Assembly (NCBI RefSeq): GCF_963921235.1
Contig: NC_086118.1
Coordinates: forward strand, 24,738,001 to 24,802,000
Length of the DNA: 64,000 bases
From: Mobula hypostoma
Lineage: Eukaryota
Reading direction: 5' to 3'
Each line of letters begins with the position of its first letter. The first letter of the stretch is position 1. Positions 1-12,731 of this stretch are shown in pieces. A program made the translations under genes and the position numbers. Below the pieces are notes generated by a model that saw only the letters and a program-made list of their open reading frames with translations, was not told where the DNA came from and made no database searches.

Positions 1-544
1 GATCAAATAGCAATGAAACTGGTGTTTGAAATGACAAATGTTGCTTCTGGCACATGCTGAAAGTATCTCAGCAAAGTAACGTTTATTCGTGTAATGAAAT
101 CAGATCAATGCCTATAGCTATGTGTATAAGCAGGTATACATTCAGGAATAGGAACAGCTTTATTTGAAGCCAGATGCAGCTACAGTTAAATACAGCCATG
201 GAAAATGTAGATCCAAATAGATCCGTGTGCAGGAAGTAGCAGACATCAGACACAAGCCTTCAACCATACCAATGCTGTATCTGATATCTGCCACTTCCCC
301 AACACAGATCCATTCAGGCCAACATTTCCCATGTCTGTACATAACTGTAATTGCATCCTGTCCTGTGTTACTAAAGAACATGTGCAATTAATTCCAAAAG
401 GTTTTCTGATCCCAATGTCTTTCTTATTGTAAACCATCCAATCTTCTGCATGGTATGTTTGACAATTGGACTTGCAAGGTGCTCTGTCTAAATGTATCTC
501 TTTCCTGTAACAAGAATAAGAAACAACTGTCTCTTCTTTTCCAG

Positions 545-1445
545 TCACCTTATTCAGGATCATCTGCAGACTGTCAATGACTATGCTGAGAATCTCCGAC
601 AGAAGTTGGCTCCTTACACCGATGGTCTTCATAAGAAGATGACAGTAGACATTGAGAGCCTTCACCAGCAGATAAGAGAACAGCTGGAAGACCTGAGGGA
701 GAAACTTGCTCCATTTGCTGATGGAGTTCATCAGAAGATCAGCAGGAACATTGAAGAATTTCATCAGAAGTTGACCCCTTTTGCTGAAGACCTGGGCCAA
801 CAGCTGCGTAAGAATGCAGCGGACCTTCGGCAGAAGTTGACTCCCTTTACTGAAGAGCTACAGGCCAGATTGGAAGTGAGCACTGAGAACCTGAGGGAAG
901 TCCTGACTCCCTACGCTGAGGAGCTCCAGGTGAAGATTGATGAAAACATGGACACCCTCAGGCAGAATATGGCTGCCAAAGCTGCTGAATTCCACTCCAG
1001 GTTTAATGAGAATGTCCAGGAGCTTCGCAATAGCTTGGCCCCCTATGCCAAGGATGTCCAGATCAAGATGAACCAACAAATTGGAGAAATGTCCCAGATG
1101 GTTGAACCATATGCCAAGAAGCTCCAGGCAAAAGTCAATGAGCATGTGGATGTTCTGAACCAAAGGCTGAACCCTTACATCATCGAACTGAAGGCTAAAC
1201 TTAACGAGAACATGGACCAGAACCTGGGCCCATTCATTGAAAATTTCAACACCAACGTTAACCAGGGAATCGAGGAGTTCCATCAGAACCTGGCTCCCTA
1301 CACTGAGCAGCTGAAACAAATCATCAGTCAGAATGTGAAGGAGATGCAGGACAGACTTGTCCTGAATGGAGGCAATGTTCAGCAGGATCTTCAGACCCAG
1401 CTCACCACTTTATGGGGCAACCTCTGGCAGCATCTGCAGAACTAA
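545..1445 (+). CDS. APOA4: Apolipoprotein A-IV-like, copy 1, terminal coding exon (upstream exons not in window)
   Basis: Polypyrimidine tract and CCAG acceptor at 541-544; open frame to TAA 1443-1445; Pro-punctuated 22-aa amphipathic repeats (PFADGVHQK.., PYAEELQVKIDENMD.., PYAKDVQIKMNQQ..) resembling ApoA-IV; AATAAA at 1606-1611. Confidence 0.85.
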
Positions 1446-1605
1446 TTGAGATGTAGAATGTGGCTCTATCAAACTGTGTGTCAAGACTCAGGAGTCCTCT
1501 TACTATCTCAAATGGTAATATGCCGAAAGTACTTAATTGTTTTTCGACTGAAAAGTATTAAAATCAAATACTGAAATTTTGGAGTGTGAACTATAAAATA
1601 CCTGC

Positions 1606-1611
1606 AATAAA
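1606..1611 (+). terminator. Polyadenylation signal of APOA4-like copy 1
   Basis: AATAAA 160 nt after the stop, conserved in copy 2 at 14524-14529. Confidence 0.7.
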
Positions 1612-2034
1612 GCTTTAATATCTGAGAAGTTTTTCTTGCTTTACTAATGGTCGAAAATAGTTATCACTAGAACTATGTAAATCATACTGCACAGAACAAA
1701 GCAATTCATCCAATTCGTCCAACACACTACATCCCATTTTCCCACACGTTTCCCCAATTACTGCAAATATCTCTGACAAGCATTGGTACAATGCAATTTT
1801 TGGAGATACTTATTGAAATCACACCTGCCCTATTCTGCCATATCTTTGATGGAAATCTGCTCCTTCTGCAGCTTGGACAGCCTTCATAAAGTATTTCAAC
1901 CATACTTAACATCAGTAATTCAATCAGTGTTTCAAAGATTCTAATACAACTTCAATCCTGTATATATATTTGAACAGGTCATTTCAGCAGGCAACGGAAC
2001 CTGCTAACTTCAATGTTTAGAGTGCAAGATCTGT

Positions 2035-2560
2035 AAGACGTAGGAACAGAATTAGGCCATTTGGCACATCAATTCTGCTTCACCATTCAATCATGACTGT
2101 TTTATTTTCCCTCTCACCTGATTCTCCTGCCTTCTCCCTGAAACCTTTGACACAGCTACTAATAAAGAATTGACCTACCTCCACTTTAAATATTCCCAAT
2201 TACTTGGCCTCCATACCTGCATGTGATAATGAATTCCACAGATTAACCACCCTATGGCTGAAGATATTCCTCCTCATCTCTGTTCTAAAGGGGTGTCCTT
2301 CTATTCTGAGTCTGTGCCCTTTGGTTCTAGAGTCTTCGACAATTGGAAACATCCACTTCAGAAGTACTCCCTTTAAGCCTTGCAATATTTGTTAGATTTC
2401 AATCAGATTCCCCCGCAATCTTCTGAACTCCAGTGAGTACAGGCCCAAAGCCATCAAACGCTCCTCATATGATAGCACTTTCATTCCCAGGATCATTGTT
2501 GTGAACCTCCTCAGGACCCTCTCCAACTGCCAGCACATCCTTTTCTAAACACAGAGCCCA
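2035..2560 (-). mobile_element. CR1 LINE 3' fragment
   Basis: Minus-strand translation 'SRTKGHRLRIEGHPFRTEMRRNIFSHRVVNLWNSL' is the CR1 ORF2 C-terminus, homologous to 36150-36270. Confidence 0.8.
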
Positions 2561-4277
2561 AACCCATACATACACACCATATCTGTACACACACTGTCCC
2601 ACACCACACCAGAACCATGTTTGGGTACCTGATATGTTCTGTGCAGGTGACTGCGGATCTCTGATGAACACTTACCCATTCATGCCAGCTGCTTATTACA
2701 AGCTTGTTGAAAGCCTGAAGATCACTACGATCAGGGACTGGACAGTGGGAACAAGAGTTTATGCTCAGTGCAAGGAATAAGGTGTCTAGGTGCAATTAAA
2801 AGATCAGAGAGTGAGAATCGATGGAATTGGAAGTGCAAACAGAGAGTTTAAGGATGCAGATAATCCAGTGGAGCAGAAAAGAAGTCATTTCAAGAGAGAC
2901 AGATACAGATTCAGATTTATTTATCATATTTGTGTTAACAATGAACACAACCCAAGGGTGTGCTGGGGCACCAAGTGTTTCCACATAATTCATCACTAAC
3001 ATCACTGGCCCACAACATTCCAATAAATAACACAAGGAGCAACAACAGCAAATTAGAAGAGACAATAGCAACAAAACAAACCCCTTTTCTATCCATCTCA
3101 CCCATTCACACACCCTGACAGGCCTCCAAACCCAGAGTAGTTCACCCTTGGGCCTCCAGGCCTTGTCTCTGGATTCTCAGACTCACAGGCATTGGGCCTC
3201 CAACTTCAGACTTCACAGGACACTGATCATGGGTTTGACCTTCAGACCTCAACTTCCAGACTTGCACAGATTTCTCACCCTGGTAACCCGTGTCTTCATG
3301 ATTCCTTTGGACTCCCATGACTATTTTGAGCCCCTACTTCTACCTTCAGGCTTATAACTTTGGTTTTTCCCTCGGTACTTTGCCGGGTTTGACCCTGGAG
3401 CTTCTACTTCCACGTCAGTGGAATTTTCCATATCTACTGCTATATCAGAGTCATGGGTTCCCACCCTAAATACATCATTGATTTTAAGTGGTGTTCAGCT
3501 TGCAGCACCAGAGAACAGAATAATTCTTCAGGCAAGTTACCCAGAGCCAAGTCCATGACACTAGTAATAACTCAGCCACATGAGTTGAAGGTAGAAAGGT
3601 CACAAGCCCATAGTGACAGTTAATTTAAGACTTAGAAGGTCAGATTGGGATTTCTGCAGTCATAAATGTAATCACAGTTGCGCCAAAGCTAAGGACAGAA
3701 TCAGGCAATAATATCCTGTTAATTCCCCCAGGCCGTTCTGTTGTAGCCAAAACATTGTGAACCAGCCTAATCCTAGCTAGAAGGTCCATAACACTCACCA
3801 GTGTAAATCAAGTAGTTTTTCAATATAAAGAGGGTTTCTCCTTCTGTTACCCTTTTGGATAGTGAGTTCAAGACACTTAACACCCTCGAGGTGAAAACCA
3901 TTTCTCATCTCCCCTCTATGCCACTTGGCTTTTGTTGCTCTTTGAAGGAAAAAAAAATCAGTCCTACCTCTTTACTGTAGATCCTCATAATTTTACACCC
4001 CTCAGTCAACTCCCAAAGAAAACAACCCAAGCTTCTCTTCTCAAAGCTGAAATGACCTGGTTCTGTCAAGAGTCTTGAAAGAAGTGGCAAGTGAGAATTG
4101 ATACAATGGTTTTAATTTTCCAAAGTTTCTTAGATTTGGGAAGGTTACTATTTCTTAGTCACTCATTTCAGTATTGAGCAGACTACACCTCTGTGACTGC
4201 TTCATATGCTTACGTCCTTTCTGTGGGACGGTGGTGGACTGTTATCATTAGTACTCATAGTGTTCTGTTAAATATAT

Positions 4278-6270
4278 TGTCGCGCTCTGGTCGTGGTGGG
4301 GGGGGGGGGGGCATGTGGTCCTGGCCAGAACTCCTAGCAGCCAGTACTATTTATTGTACTTGTTTAAAATGCTTTCGTGGGATTATAGTGGGATGTTCAA
4401 GTTAATTTATTGTTACCTTTCAGCTCGGGTTATTCTAATGTGCGTTTGTGGGTCACCCTGACATAACCAGGGTTTGTAATAATCACCTCCCCTGTCTGTG
4501 TGTGATTGAGTGGCTTCTCTCCCCGGGCCATAGTGCCTGGTCAGTTTTTGTACTTGTCGCAATAAAACTGGCAGTTGAGCATTTCTGATCTGTTATCATG
4601 GACCGAATGCTCACCTCGCTGGTGTCAGGAGTGGGATTAGAAATTGACGGCGAGATTGAAGAACTACGACGTCAAATAGAATGCCTTAAAATCTGGGGAA
4701 TAAGTCGAAGGACTGAGTAGTATGCCTCCCCCGCACCATCAGGCCAGGCTCTTGAAGACGGGACGCAGACCCGAAGGGAGGACTTGGGAACCGAGCATGG
4801 TGCTTTTCCAAGGATCCCCGATGGGGCGAGCATACCCAGGCTCCAAAGTCTGGGGCACACAGCGGAGCATATCACCTGCCTCACTCTCAGCCCATGCAGA
4901 ACCCAAGACGTCGCAGCCATGGAAGGACGGGCAATATGGCAGGCACCACCGATGCCCCTGGAACAAGAGGACAACCAAATGGCCTCAGGAGTTCACACCA
5001 TAAGGTCCACCATGAAGCTCCCAGATACAATGGTACCAGCCGCTTGGAGCCTTACATGGCGCAAGTGAAACTTACGACATGGCACAGCAGATGGAGCCCC
5101 ACCAAGACGACAGTACACCTTGCCCTGGCGCTGGAGGGGATGCCCTGCGGGCCCTCCTCGACCTAATATCGGCTGAGCAGCGTAACTACAGGGCCCTCAT
5201 CATGGTGCTGAGATGGTGTTTCGAGCTGAGGCCATTGGAGGAAGCATTGAGGGAAGAACTGGCAGCAGGCAGAACCATGTGAGAGAAAGCCTGGGGGCAC
5301 TTGCAGCAGATCTCCATCACTGTGCTTGGCATGGCTACCCCCAGTTCCCTCCTGCAACCCAGAAAGAGCTTGCCCTTCACACCTTTCTAAAGGTGCTGAT
5401 ACCCAAGTGCATTCAGAAGCATGGCACCAGCAAAGGCAAAGAGGGCAAAACCGATTTTAGCCCCCAAAGTGTTCCAGCATCGCCCCGCACACCACGAGCC
5501 CAGGCTTCTGTCAGCAAGGCAGAGGAGGAAACAGACAAGCTGGAGCCAGTGAGACAGGTATAACCAGCACTGTGCAGACCCTGCCATAGGCCACGGTACG
5601 ATCTCTGCTACCAATGTGGCAAGGCAGGCCAAGTGGCCAGGAATTGCCCAGCACCAGCACCACACCGCAGCCCAGTGCAGCCAATGGGAAATGCCAAGTG
5701 GGTGGCAATACCTGAGACTTCCAGCAGAATCCTTCCGTTGTTGCCTCTCCGGGTGGGCCATTTGGGTGAAGAGCATGGCTTGTACGTGGCCTGCGTGGTG
5801 GAGGGCATCAGATGCCGTGCATCAGTAGGCACAGAGTCGACCAGCACCATCATCTGTCCCGGAGTCCTCCCCAGCAGGGACCAGCCAATCCTGCCTGCGT
5901 GTACAACGATGGCGGTCCAGCTGGCTACGGTCACAGGTGACTGTGCGGCGATGTGAAGAAAGAGGTGGCTGCGCGTCGCAGTGGAGAAAACCACAGTGAA
6001 GCATGAGGTGTGGCCAGCTGACTTCTAGGAGTCCTGCATAATTGGCTGGACCTGCTGTCCCACTGGGGGGGGAGGGCATGTGTGAATGTGCCAGGGGCAA
6101 CTCCCTACCTCCGTGCAGAAGCCACGGTCTCCGCCAGGGAAGCTCCAGGATGCAGACGCATTGGGGGCAGCAACAGCCACCATTGATCTCACAGCGGCCC
6201 GTGTTAATGCAGCACAACCCACAGTGGCCCACAGCAAACCAGGGGCAAGTGTCAGCAACCACTATCTGAG
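4278..6270 (+). mobile_element. Decayed, 3'-truncated Ty3/Gypsy LTR retrotransposon (5' LTR, PBS, gag, protease remnant)
   Basis: LTR-like segment with AATAAA at 4561; PBS 4620-4637; gag motif 'PRYNGTSRLEPYMAQV..VHLALALEG'; degenerate zinc knuckle CYQCGKAGQVARNC near 5606; protease-like 'CRASVGTESTSTII' near 5812; frameshifted; no 3' LTR seen. Confidence 0.75.
4620..4637 (+). other. Primer binding site, tRNA-Leu(CAG)
   Basis: TGGTGTCAGGAGTGGGAT is the reverse complement of the vertebrate tRNA-Leu(CAG) 3' end plus CCA. Confidence 0.85.
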
Positions 6271-6644
6271 GAAAAGAACTCTAAAGATTCAAAATCCGCT
6301 AAGACAAAACCCTTATTCTAACACTAATTCCAGTTTCAGATATCCCACAAGGCAAAAATATCCTCTCCCATTTATCCTGTCAAGATCCCTTATATGTTTC
6401 AATTAGGCCACCTCTCAGTTTTCTAAAGTGCACACACAAAAGATAACCGGTTCAGTCTTTCCTCATGAGACAACACACCCATTTCAGATATTGTCTCCAC
6501 TGAGCAGCTCCTGTCCTTGTTTAATTGAACTATGCACACCATTCCAGATGTGGTCTCACTCATACCCCATCTAACTGAAGAATAATCTGCCCACTAGTGA
6601 ATGCAACCCCTCTGACAATAAATAATACTCCATTTTGTGAGCTT

Positions 6645-6993
6645 TCTCAGGTGTATAAGATGATAAGAAGCATTGATTGTCTGGATAGCCAGAGGATTTT
6701 CCTCAGGGCTGAAATGACTAGCACGAGGGGCATAGTTTTAAGGTGCTTGGAAGTAGGTACAGAGGGAATGTCAGGGGCAAGTTTTTCCACACAGAGTGGT
6801 AGGTGTGTGGAATGCACTGTCAGCGACGGTGGTGGAGGCGGATACAATAGGGTGTTTCAAGAGACTCTTAAGCACATGGAGCTGAGAGAAATAGCGGGCT
6901 ATGGTAATCCTAGGCAGTTTTAAGAGTAAATTACGTGGTCGGCACAACATTATGGGCTGAAGGGCCTGTAATGTGCTGTAGATTTCTATGTTC
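6645..6993 (+). mobile_element. CR1 LINE 3' end fragment
   Basis: ORF2 tail 'VYKMIRSID..DSQ..' and TTCTATGTTCT terminus; similar copy at 46515-46800. Confidence 0.75.
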
Positions 6994-7564
6994 TTATTTA
7001 CTGGCTGTAGCTTTATTTTCATCTTTTCTGATCCATGCTCTAGGACACCAAGATCCTTCTGTATCACCTAAACCCACCAATTACATCACGTACTGTATAT
7101 CTTTTATTTTTCCTACTAAAAAGGACAATACCACAATTTCCACCATACATTTTGTCACCTCTTACATCCTCTTCACAACTTGCTTTCACACCAGTTGTGT
7201 CACTGACAAATTTAACATCGTAACTTTATCCAGGCCAGTTGTACTCGTCTTAAGACACACTGAGACACACAAGCCATTTCATCCTTCTGACCAGAAAAGT
7301 ACCATTTATGCGAACTCTTGGCTTTTTCTGTTAACTATCCTGTTTTCTATATGAAACATTACCTCTTCTGCCTGTAAATTTTATTTTCACAGTAATATTT
7401 GATGTGACACTTTATCAGTTTATCAACTTGCAGACTTGTCCAATGTGTCCCACTTCGTTCAGTTCAAGCAATAAGCTGACTTGAATATGTATTTGATCTG
7501 AATGGTTGCCTTGACAACAGTACTGTGGCTTCCTGACTTTCACATGACCAAGTCCCACTGAAAA

Positions 7565-9203
7565 TGTAAAGGATTTGAAAGTTGGAGGGGGAGGGGGAGA
7601 TCCAAAATGATAGGAGAAGACAGGAGGGGGAGGGATGGAGCCAAGAGCTGGACAGGTGATAGGCAAAAGGGATACGAGAGGATCATGGGACAGGAGGTCC
7701 GGGAAGAAAGACAAGGTGGGTGGGGGAACCCAGAGGATGGGCAAGGGGTATATTCAGAGGGACAGAGGGAGAAAAAGGAGAGTGAGAGAAAGAATGTGTG
7801 TATAAAAATAAGTAACAGATGGGGTATGAGGGGGAGGTGGAGCATTAGCGGAAGTTAGAGAAGTCGATGTTCATGCCATCAGGTTGGAGGCTACCCAGAC
7901 GGAATATAAGGTGTTGTTCCTCCAACCTGAGTGTGGCTTCATCTTTACAGTAGAGGAGGCCGTGGATAGACATGTCAGAATGGGAATGGGATGTGGAATT
8001 AAAATGTGTGGCCACTGGGAGATCCTGCTTTCTCTGGCGGACAGAGCGTAGGTGTTCAGCAAAGCGGTCTCCCAGTCTGCGTCGGATCTCGCCAATATAT
8101 AAAAGGCCACATCGGGAGCACCGGACGCAGTACATCACCCCAGCCGACTCACAGGTGAAGTGTTGCCTCACCTGGAAGGACCGTTTGGGGCCCTGAATGG
8201 TGGTAAGGGAGGAAGTGTAAGGGCATGTGTAGCACTTGTTCCGCTTACACGGATAAGTGCCAGGAGGGAGATCAGTGGGGAGGGATGGGGGGGACGAATG
8301 GACAAGGGAGTTGCATAGGGAGCGATCCCTGCGGAATGCAGGGGGGCGGGAGGGAAAGATGTGCTTAGTGGTGGGATCCCGTTGGAGGTGGTGGAAGTTA
8401 CGGAGAATAATACGTTGGACCTGGAGGCTGGTGGGGTGGTAGGTGAGGACCAGGGAAACCCTATTCCTAGTGGGGTGGCGGGAGGATGGAGTGAGAGCAG
8501 ATGTACGTGAAATGGGGGAGATGCGTTTAAGAGCAGAGTTGATAGTGGAGGAAGGGAAGCCCTTTTCTTTAAAAAAGGAAGACATCTCCCTCGTCCTAGA
8601 ATGAAAAGCCTCATCCTGAGAGCAGATACGGCGGAGACGGAGGAATTGCGAGAAGGGGATTTTTAAAGAAAGGGGCTTCCCTTCCTCCACTATCATCCCC
8701 TTTTCGCAATTCCTCCGTCTCCGTCTGGGTAGCCTCCAACCTGATGGCATGAACATCGACTTCTCTAACTTCCGCTAATGCCCCACCTCCCCCTCGTACC
8801 CCGTCTGTTACTTATTTTTATACACACATTCTTTCTCTCACTCTCCTTTTTCTCCCTCTGTCCCTCTGAATATACCCCTTGCCCTTCCTCTGGGTCCCCC
8901 CCACCTTGTCTTTCTTCCCGGACCTCCTGTCCCATGATCCTCTCGTATCCCTTTTGCCAATCACCTGTCCAGCTCTTGGCTCCATCCCTCCCCCTTCTGT
9001 CTTCTCCTATCATTTTGGATCTCCTCCTCCCCCTCCAACTTTCAAATCCCTTACTCACTCTTCCTTCAGTTAGTCCTGACGAAGGGTCTCGGCCTGAAAC
9101 GTTGACTGCACCTCTTCCTAGAGATGCTGCCTGGCCTGCCGTGTTCACCAGCAACTTTGATGTATGTTGCTTGAATTTCCAGCATCTGCAGAATTCCTGT
9201 TGT
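7565..9203. mobile_element. Penelope-like retroelement with inverted arrangement (GIY-YIG endonuclease region, pseudo-LTR, hammerhead motif)
   Basis: Minus-strand ORF 7845-8756 carries a GIY-YIG signature (VMYCVRCSRCGLLYIGE..R..EH..HF..E..N). Arms 7566-7902 and 8721-9054 are reverse complements. 3' end on + to ~9203. Candidate TSD TCC(C/T)ACTGAAAA at 7553-7564 and 9204-9215. Confidence 0.9.
9072..9107 (+). ncRNA. Minimal type I hammerhead ribozyme motif in PLE pseudo-LTR
   Basis: AGTC-CTGACGA-stem II-GAAAC-GTT-GACT: CUGANGA and GAAA cores, stem I AGTC/GACT, NUH triplet GUU in this copy. Confidence 0.7.
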
Positions 9204-11187
9204 TCCTACTGAAAAAGATACTTACTTTGCCCAGTCAGTTTGTTTACATGCAGTACATACATTCATATCTGCATCTAGCAAAGAACAAAATTCCCTCGTG
9301 GTTTTTGATAGTTTTTTCACAGAAATGCTAATTTTACACATGATATTCAGTGTGAGCCTGAGTGAGATCAAGTGTAAGTCTACAGATAACTGCTAAATCT
9401 CCGAGGATCCCACAATTAGCAATTTGCAGGTTATTCCAGTCAGTGATGGTTTCTCCAATTCCTTCCTTCGATTGGCTCTTAGTTTTAGTTACCAGATTTA
9501 TAGCTTTAGACAGTTTCTGAATGCACTGGATTAAAGTGAGTGCCTAATATCGTAACTGCCTCAGTGAGTAGATCAAATACCTACCAATAAATGAAATACC
9601 ACTGTTCAAATTAATTTCTACATACTAGTTTTCTTTCTTGAGTAAATCGCCCTGTTCTGCTCATTTTCTCCTCTTTCCACTGCACTATAATATCATTACC
9701 GCAGGGGGAAAAAAATCTCCATTTGCTTCAAGTATGCATTAAACAATCCTGCGTCTTGTCACAATTTAACCTTCCAATATATCCAGCCATACTCCAGTCT
9801 ACCATTTTCCTCAAGTATCATTTACCTGAACAACCTGTTCATGTAATTTGACATCTGGACGCAGTGCCACATTTTCACAGTTTCCCCAAACTCATTTAGT
9901 GTCACGTCCCATATTTTTTGCAGCCTTTAATAACTCACAAAAGGCATCAGCCACTTGACACAGTATTAACAGGTCAACTCTGCATCGAGTGGAGCTACTG
10001 TCCCATGGTGTCCCCATCTGGGTTCAACCCTGACCTTGGGCACTGTCAGCTTCAGATCCATCTATACATCATGTGTACATCAAAACAGACATTTCCGTTA
10101 ACAGCCAACACAATCTACGGCAGCCTGCAAGTATCGCTATGCATTCCAACACCAACACAACATGCCCACAACGCTTCGCAGAGCAAGACAAAACACACAA
10201 GCAACAAAACAACTACAGCAAAACAATCCCTGTTCCTCCCTCCTACACACACAAACAAACAGTTGTCCAACCCCAGGACAGGCCTCTGGGCCTCCAGCGT
10301 CCAGTGAACTTGTAGATTCACAGACACGGGGCTTCATTTTCCCCATTGGATTCACAGTGGACTCAGGGCTCTGTGTGCAGTTTGCACGTTGTACATGAAG
10401 CAAAGTGGGTTTCCTTCAAATGCTCCTTTTCCTGACACACCTCAAAGTCAGACAGGTTGGTAGGTTATTGGACATTGTAAATTGCCGATAGACGGTTAGA
10501 ATATGAGGAGATTTGAATGGAATGTGGGAAGAATTTAAAAATGCAGTTAATATAGTGTTAATGTAGGCTGTTGTTTGTCAAGGACACCATTGGCCAAAGG
10601 CCTGTTTCTGTGCTGTGTGACTCTGTGACCATGAGGTCGCAGGTTTAAGCAGCAGTGATCGTCTTGTGTGAATATGTTCACATGGAGAACTTTAAGGCCT
10701 TAGCAGGTAAAACGATACAAAATCATAGATTCTTTTATCTCAGACAGGACCTTGTTAGGCCCAGCATTTCTGTCCAAGGAATTAATTCCAATCATCACAC
10801 TTTCCACATGGCTTTACAATTTGCTTCCTCTCGATCTATTTGCGGAGGCAAGGGGAGACTCTTTCCATCCGCTCCACAAGATTCATTCCAGATGCCAGCA
10901 ACTCATTATTCCTACATCTCCCATCTGCTTCCTTTGCTGATGATCTCGAATCAATGTTCTCAGGTTACCTAACCTGCTGCCAATGATGACAGACTCTCCC
11001 TGTATTTCAAAATACCTCACCCCAAGTCCATAGAGTGATCTAATGTTACATAATAACAAATCATGGCCTTTGGACTGAAAATCTAATCTTGAATGGAATT
11101 TGCCCTCTCAGGTTGAGTTGGAGTCATGGTGAAGGCAGCAGTTCAGAGTAACATTCTTGTTGGAAGCTCCACATTCTCCTGGTTTTC

Positions 11188-11260
11188 AGGGAAAGTCCAC
11201 GAGTCGAACACAAATGTACCAACTTTGTTATCAGCTGCTGATAAGGTGCCCTTATATAGA
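11188..11260 (+). promoter_or_regulatory. APOA4-like copy 2 proximal promoter
   Basis: TATA-like TTATATA 11252-11258 about 30 nt before candidate exon 1; two GATA motifs (TTATCA, GATAAG) at 11228-11245; HNF4-like GAAAGTCCA 11191-11199. Confidence 0.6.
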
Positions 11261-11282
11261 GTGAGCATCTGTGGGCTGCCAC

Positions 11283-11314
11283 ACAGATCTCCTGGAAGAA
11301 CGCAGCAGAAACAG
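11283..11314 (+). other. APOA4: APOA4-like copy 2 non-coding exon 1 (start approximate)
   Basis: Follows the TATA box and ends at strong donor CAG/GTGAGA (11315); matching acceptor TTTCTTTTCACAG at 12051-12063. Confidence 0.6.
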
Positions 11315-12124
11315 GTGAGAGGAGCCCTGACGCTCACTTTTCTCCACCCCAGCGAGCTTGCCTGCTTATCCTTTTAACTACTCTCTATGGACAGCTTCAC
11401 TGATCAGGCAATTGGTCAAGGCATAGAAACTAAAGAACAGCTTTCTATGTTTCTGTAATGTTACAGGGTATAATAAACTGGGAGTTTGATAGGTTCTTCA
11501 TTAGTATGGGATCAAAGTTTATGGGGAGAATGTAAGAGAATGGGTCTGAGAGAGAAAATAAATCAGTTTTGATTGAATGGACGAGCGAATTCGATGGGCC
11601 AAAAGGCTCAATTCTGCTCCTGTGATTTATGGTTTTATTACTGACACGTCACAGGCTAGATGTATGCAGGATACTTTCTCTGGCTGAAGAGTTTAGGATC
11701 CCGGGGTGGGGTCGGAGTTTCAGAGCAAAGGGTGTGCCATTAAGGACATCGAAAAGAAGGAATATTGTAAATTAGAGGTCAGTAGGACTTTGGAAGTCTG
11801 GAGGGCTCAGTCACTAAGCTCATTCAAAGCAGATATGGATATATTTCTGGTTGCCATGGGAACCTAGCGATATTGATACAGTGCAGGAAAATGGTGGTGA
11901 GCTCAAAGATCAGCTTTAATCTCAATAACTGAACAGGTTCAAAGGGCTGGATGCTGACTCCTTGTATAACAGATAGAGTTCAGAAGGGGGCAGTAATACT
12001 CGGGTAGATTTTCCATGTGGGTTTAAACCCTGGACTAACTCTGATCGCTATTTCTTTTCACAGATTGACTGCAAAGGGATACAGAACTAATCTGCCATAC
12101 TCAATATCATTTGAGAACACCACC

Positions 12125-12173
12125 ATGTTTCCCAAAGCAATCCTCCTGCTTCTGGCTGCTGCCTTTCTCACAG
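12125..12173 (+). CDS. APOA4: APOA4-like copy 2 exon 2 coding part (signal peptide MFPKAILLLLAAAFLTG)
   Basis: Kozak CACCATG, hydrophobic signal peptide like the ApoA-IV N-terminus, phase-1 donor GTATGA at 12174; exon begins at 12064. Confidence 0.9.
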
Positions 12174-12604
12174 GTATGAGATTCAAATATTCCTGTTCTC
12201 TTATTCTGGGACGATGACTGGGATTTTATTGCCATTTCCAGTCTTCAAAGATGGTTCTTGATTGACCTTGGACTCACTAGCTTCACTTCACTGACGTGCA
12301 CCTGATTTTAGCTCTGATCTGAATTCTGGAGCCCCTTGCATTGTCTATTCCTCCACACATCGGCTCCTGGGTGCAACTTGTTCCTCCCCTTACTGCGTAC
12401 GTCTTAAATCCACGTTACAAATAATCAAAGACCTGGGATTTTACTCAATGACTCATTCAGCTACAGTATATCCCCAAAGAGGAGTGATCAGCAAGATACA
12501 GTGTGAAGTCTTGTTACACATCATTTGGTTGAATGAACAGTAGATGTTGTGGAATGTTCCTGCTGTGTTCCTACTCTGATCACCTCAAATTTTCCTTCCC
12601 ATAG

Positions 12605-12731
12605 GCTGTCGGGCTGAGAGCAATGGAGATCAGGTTCGAGATGCCTTCTGGAATTACATCAGCCAAATGACTGAGGAAGCCCAGGATAGTGTCGAGCTGA
12701 TCCAGAGCTCAGAAATCGGACAGCAACTCAA
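12605..12731 (+). CDS. APOA4: APOA4-like copy 2 exon 3
   Basis: Acceptor TAG 12602-12604, donor GTGAGC 12732; encodes GCRAESNGDQVRDAFWNYISQMTEEAQDSVELIQSSEIGQQLN, aligning by eye to ApoA-IV '[30 protein letters not shown]'. Confidence 0.9.

Noticed and set aside
492-544. ATG at 492 (and 13412) as APOA4 start
   Set aside because: Lies in the intron before the acceptor; the real start and signal peptide are in exon 2 (12125 for copy 2).
246-1319. Minus-strand ORFs over APOA4 exon 4 (also 13319-14238)
   Set aside because: Antisense shadows of a repetitive, codon-biased coding exon; no independent gene signals.
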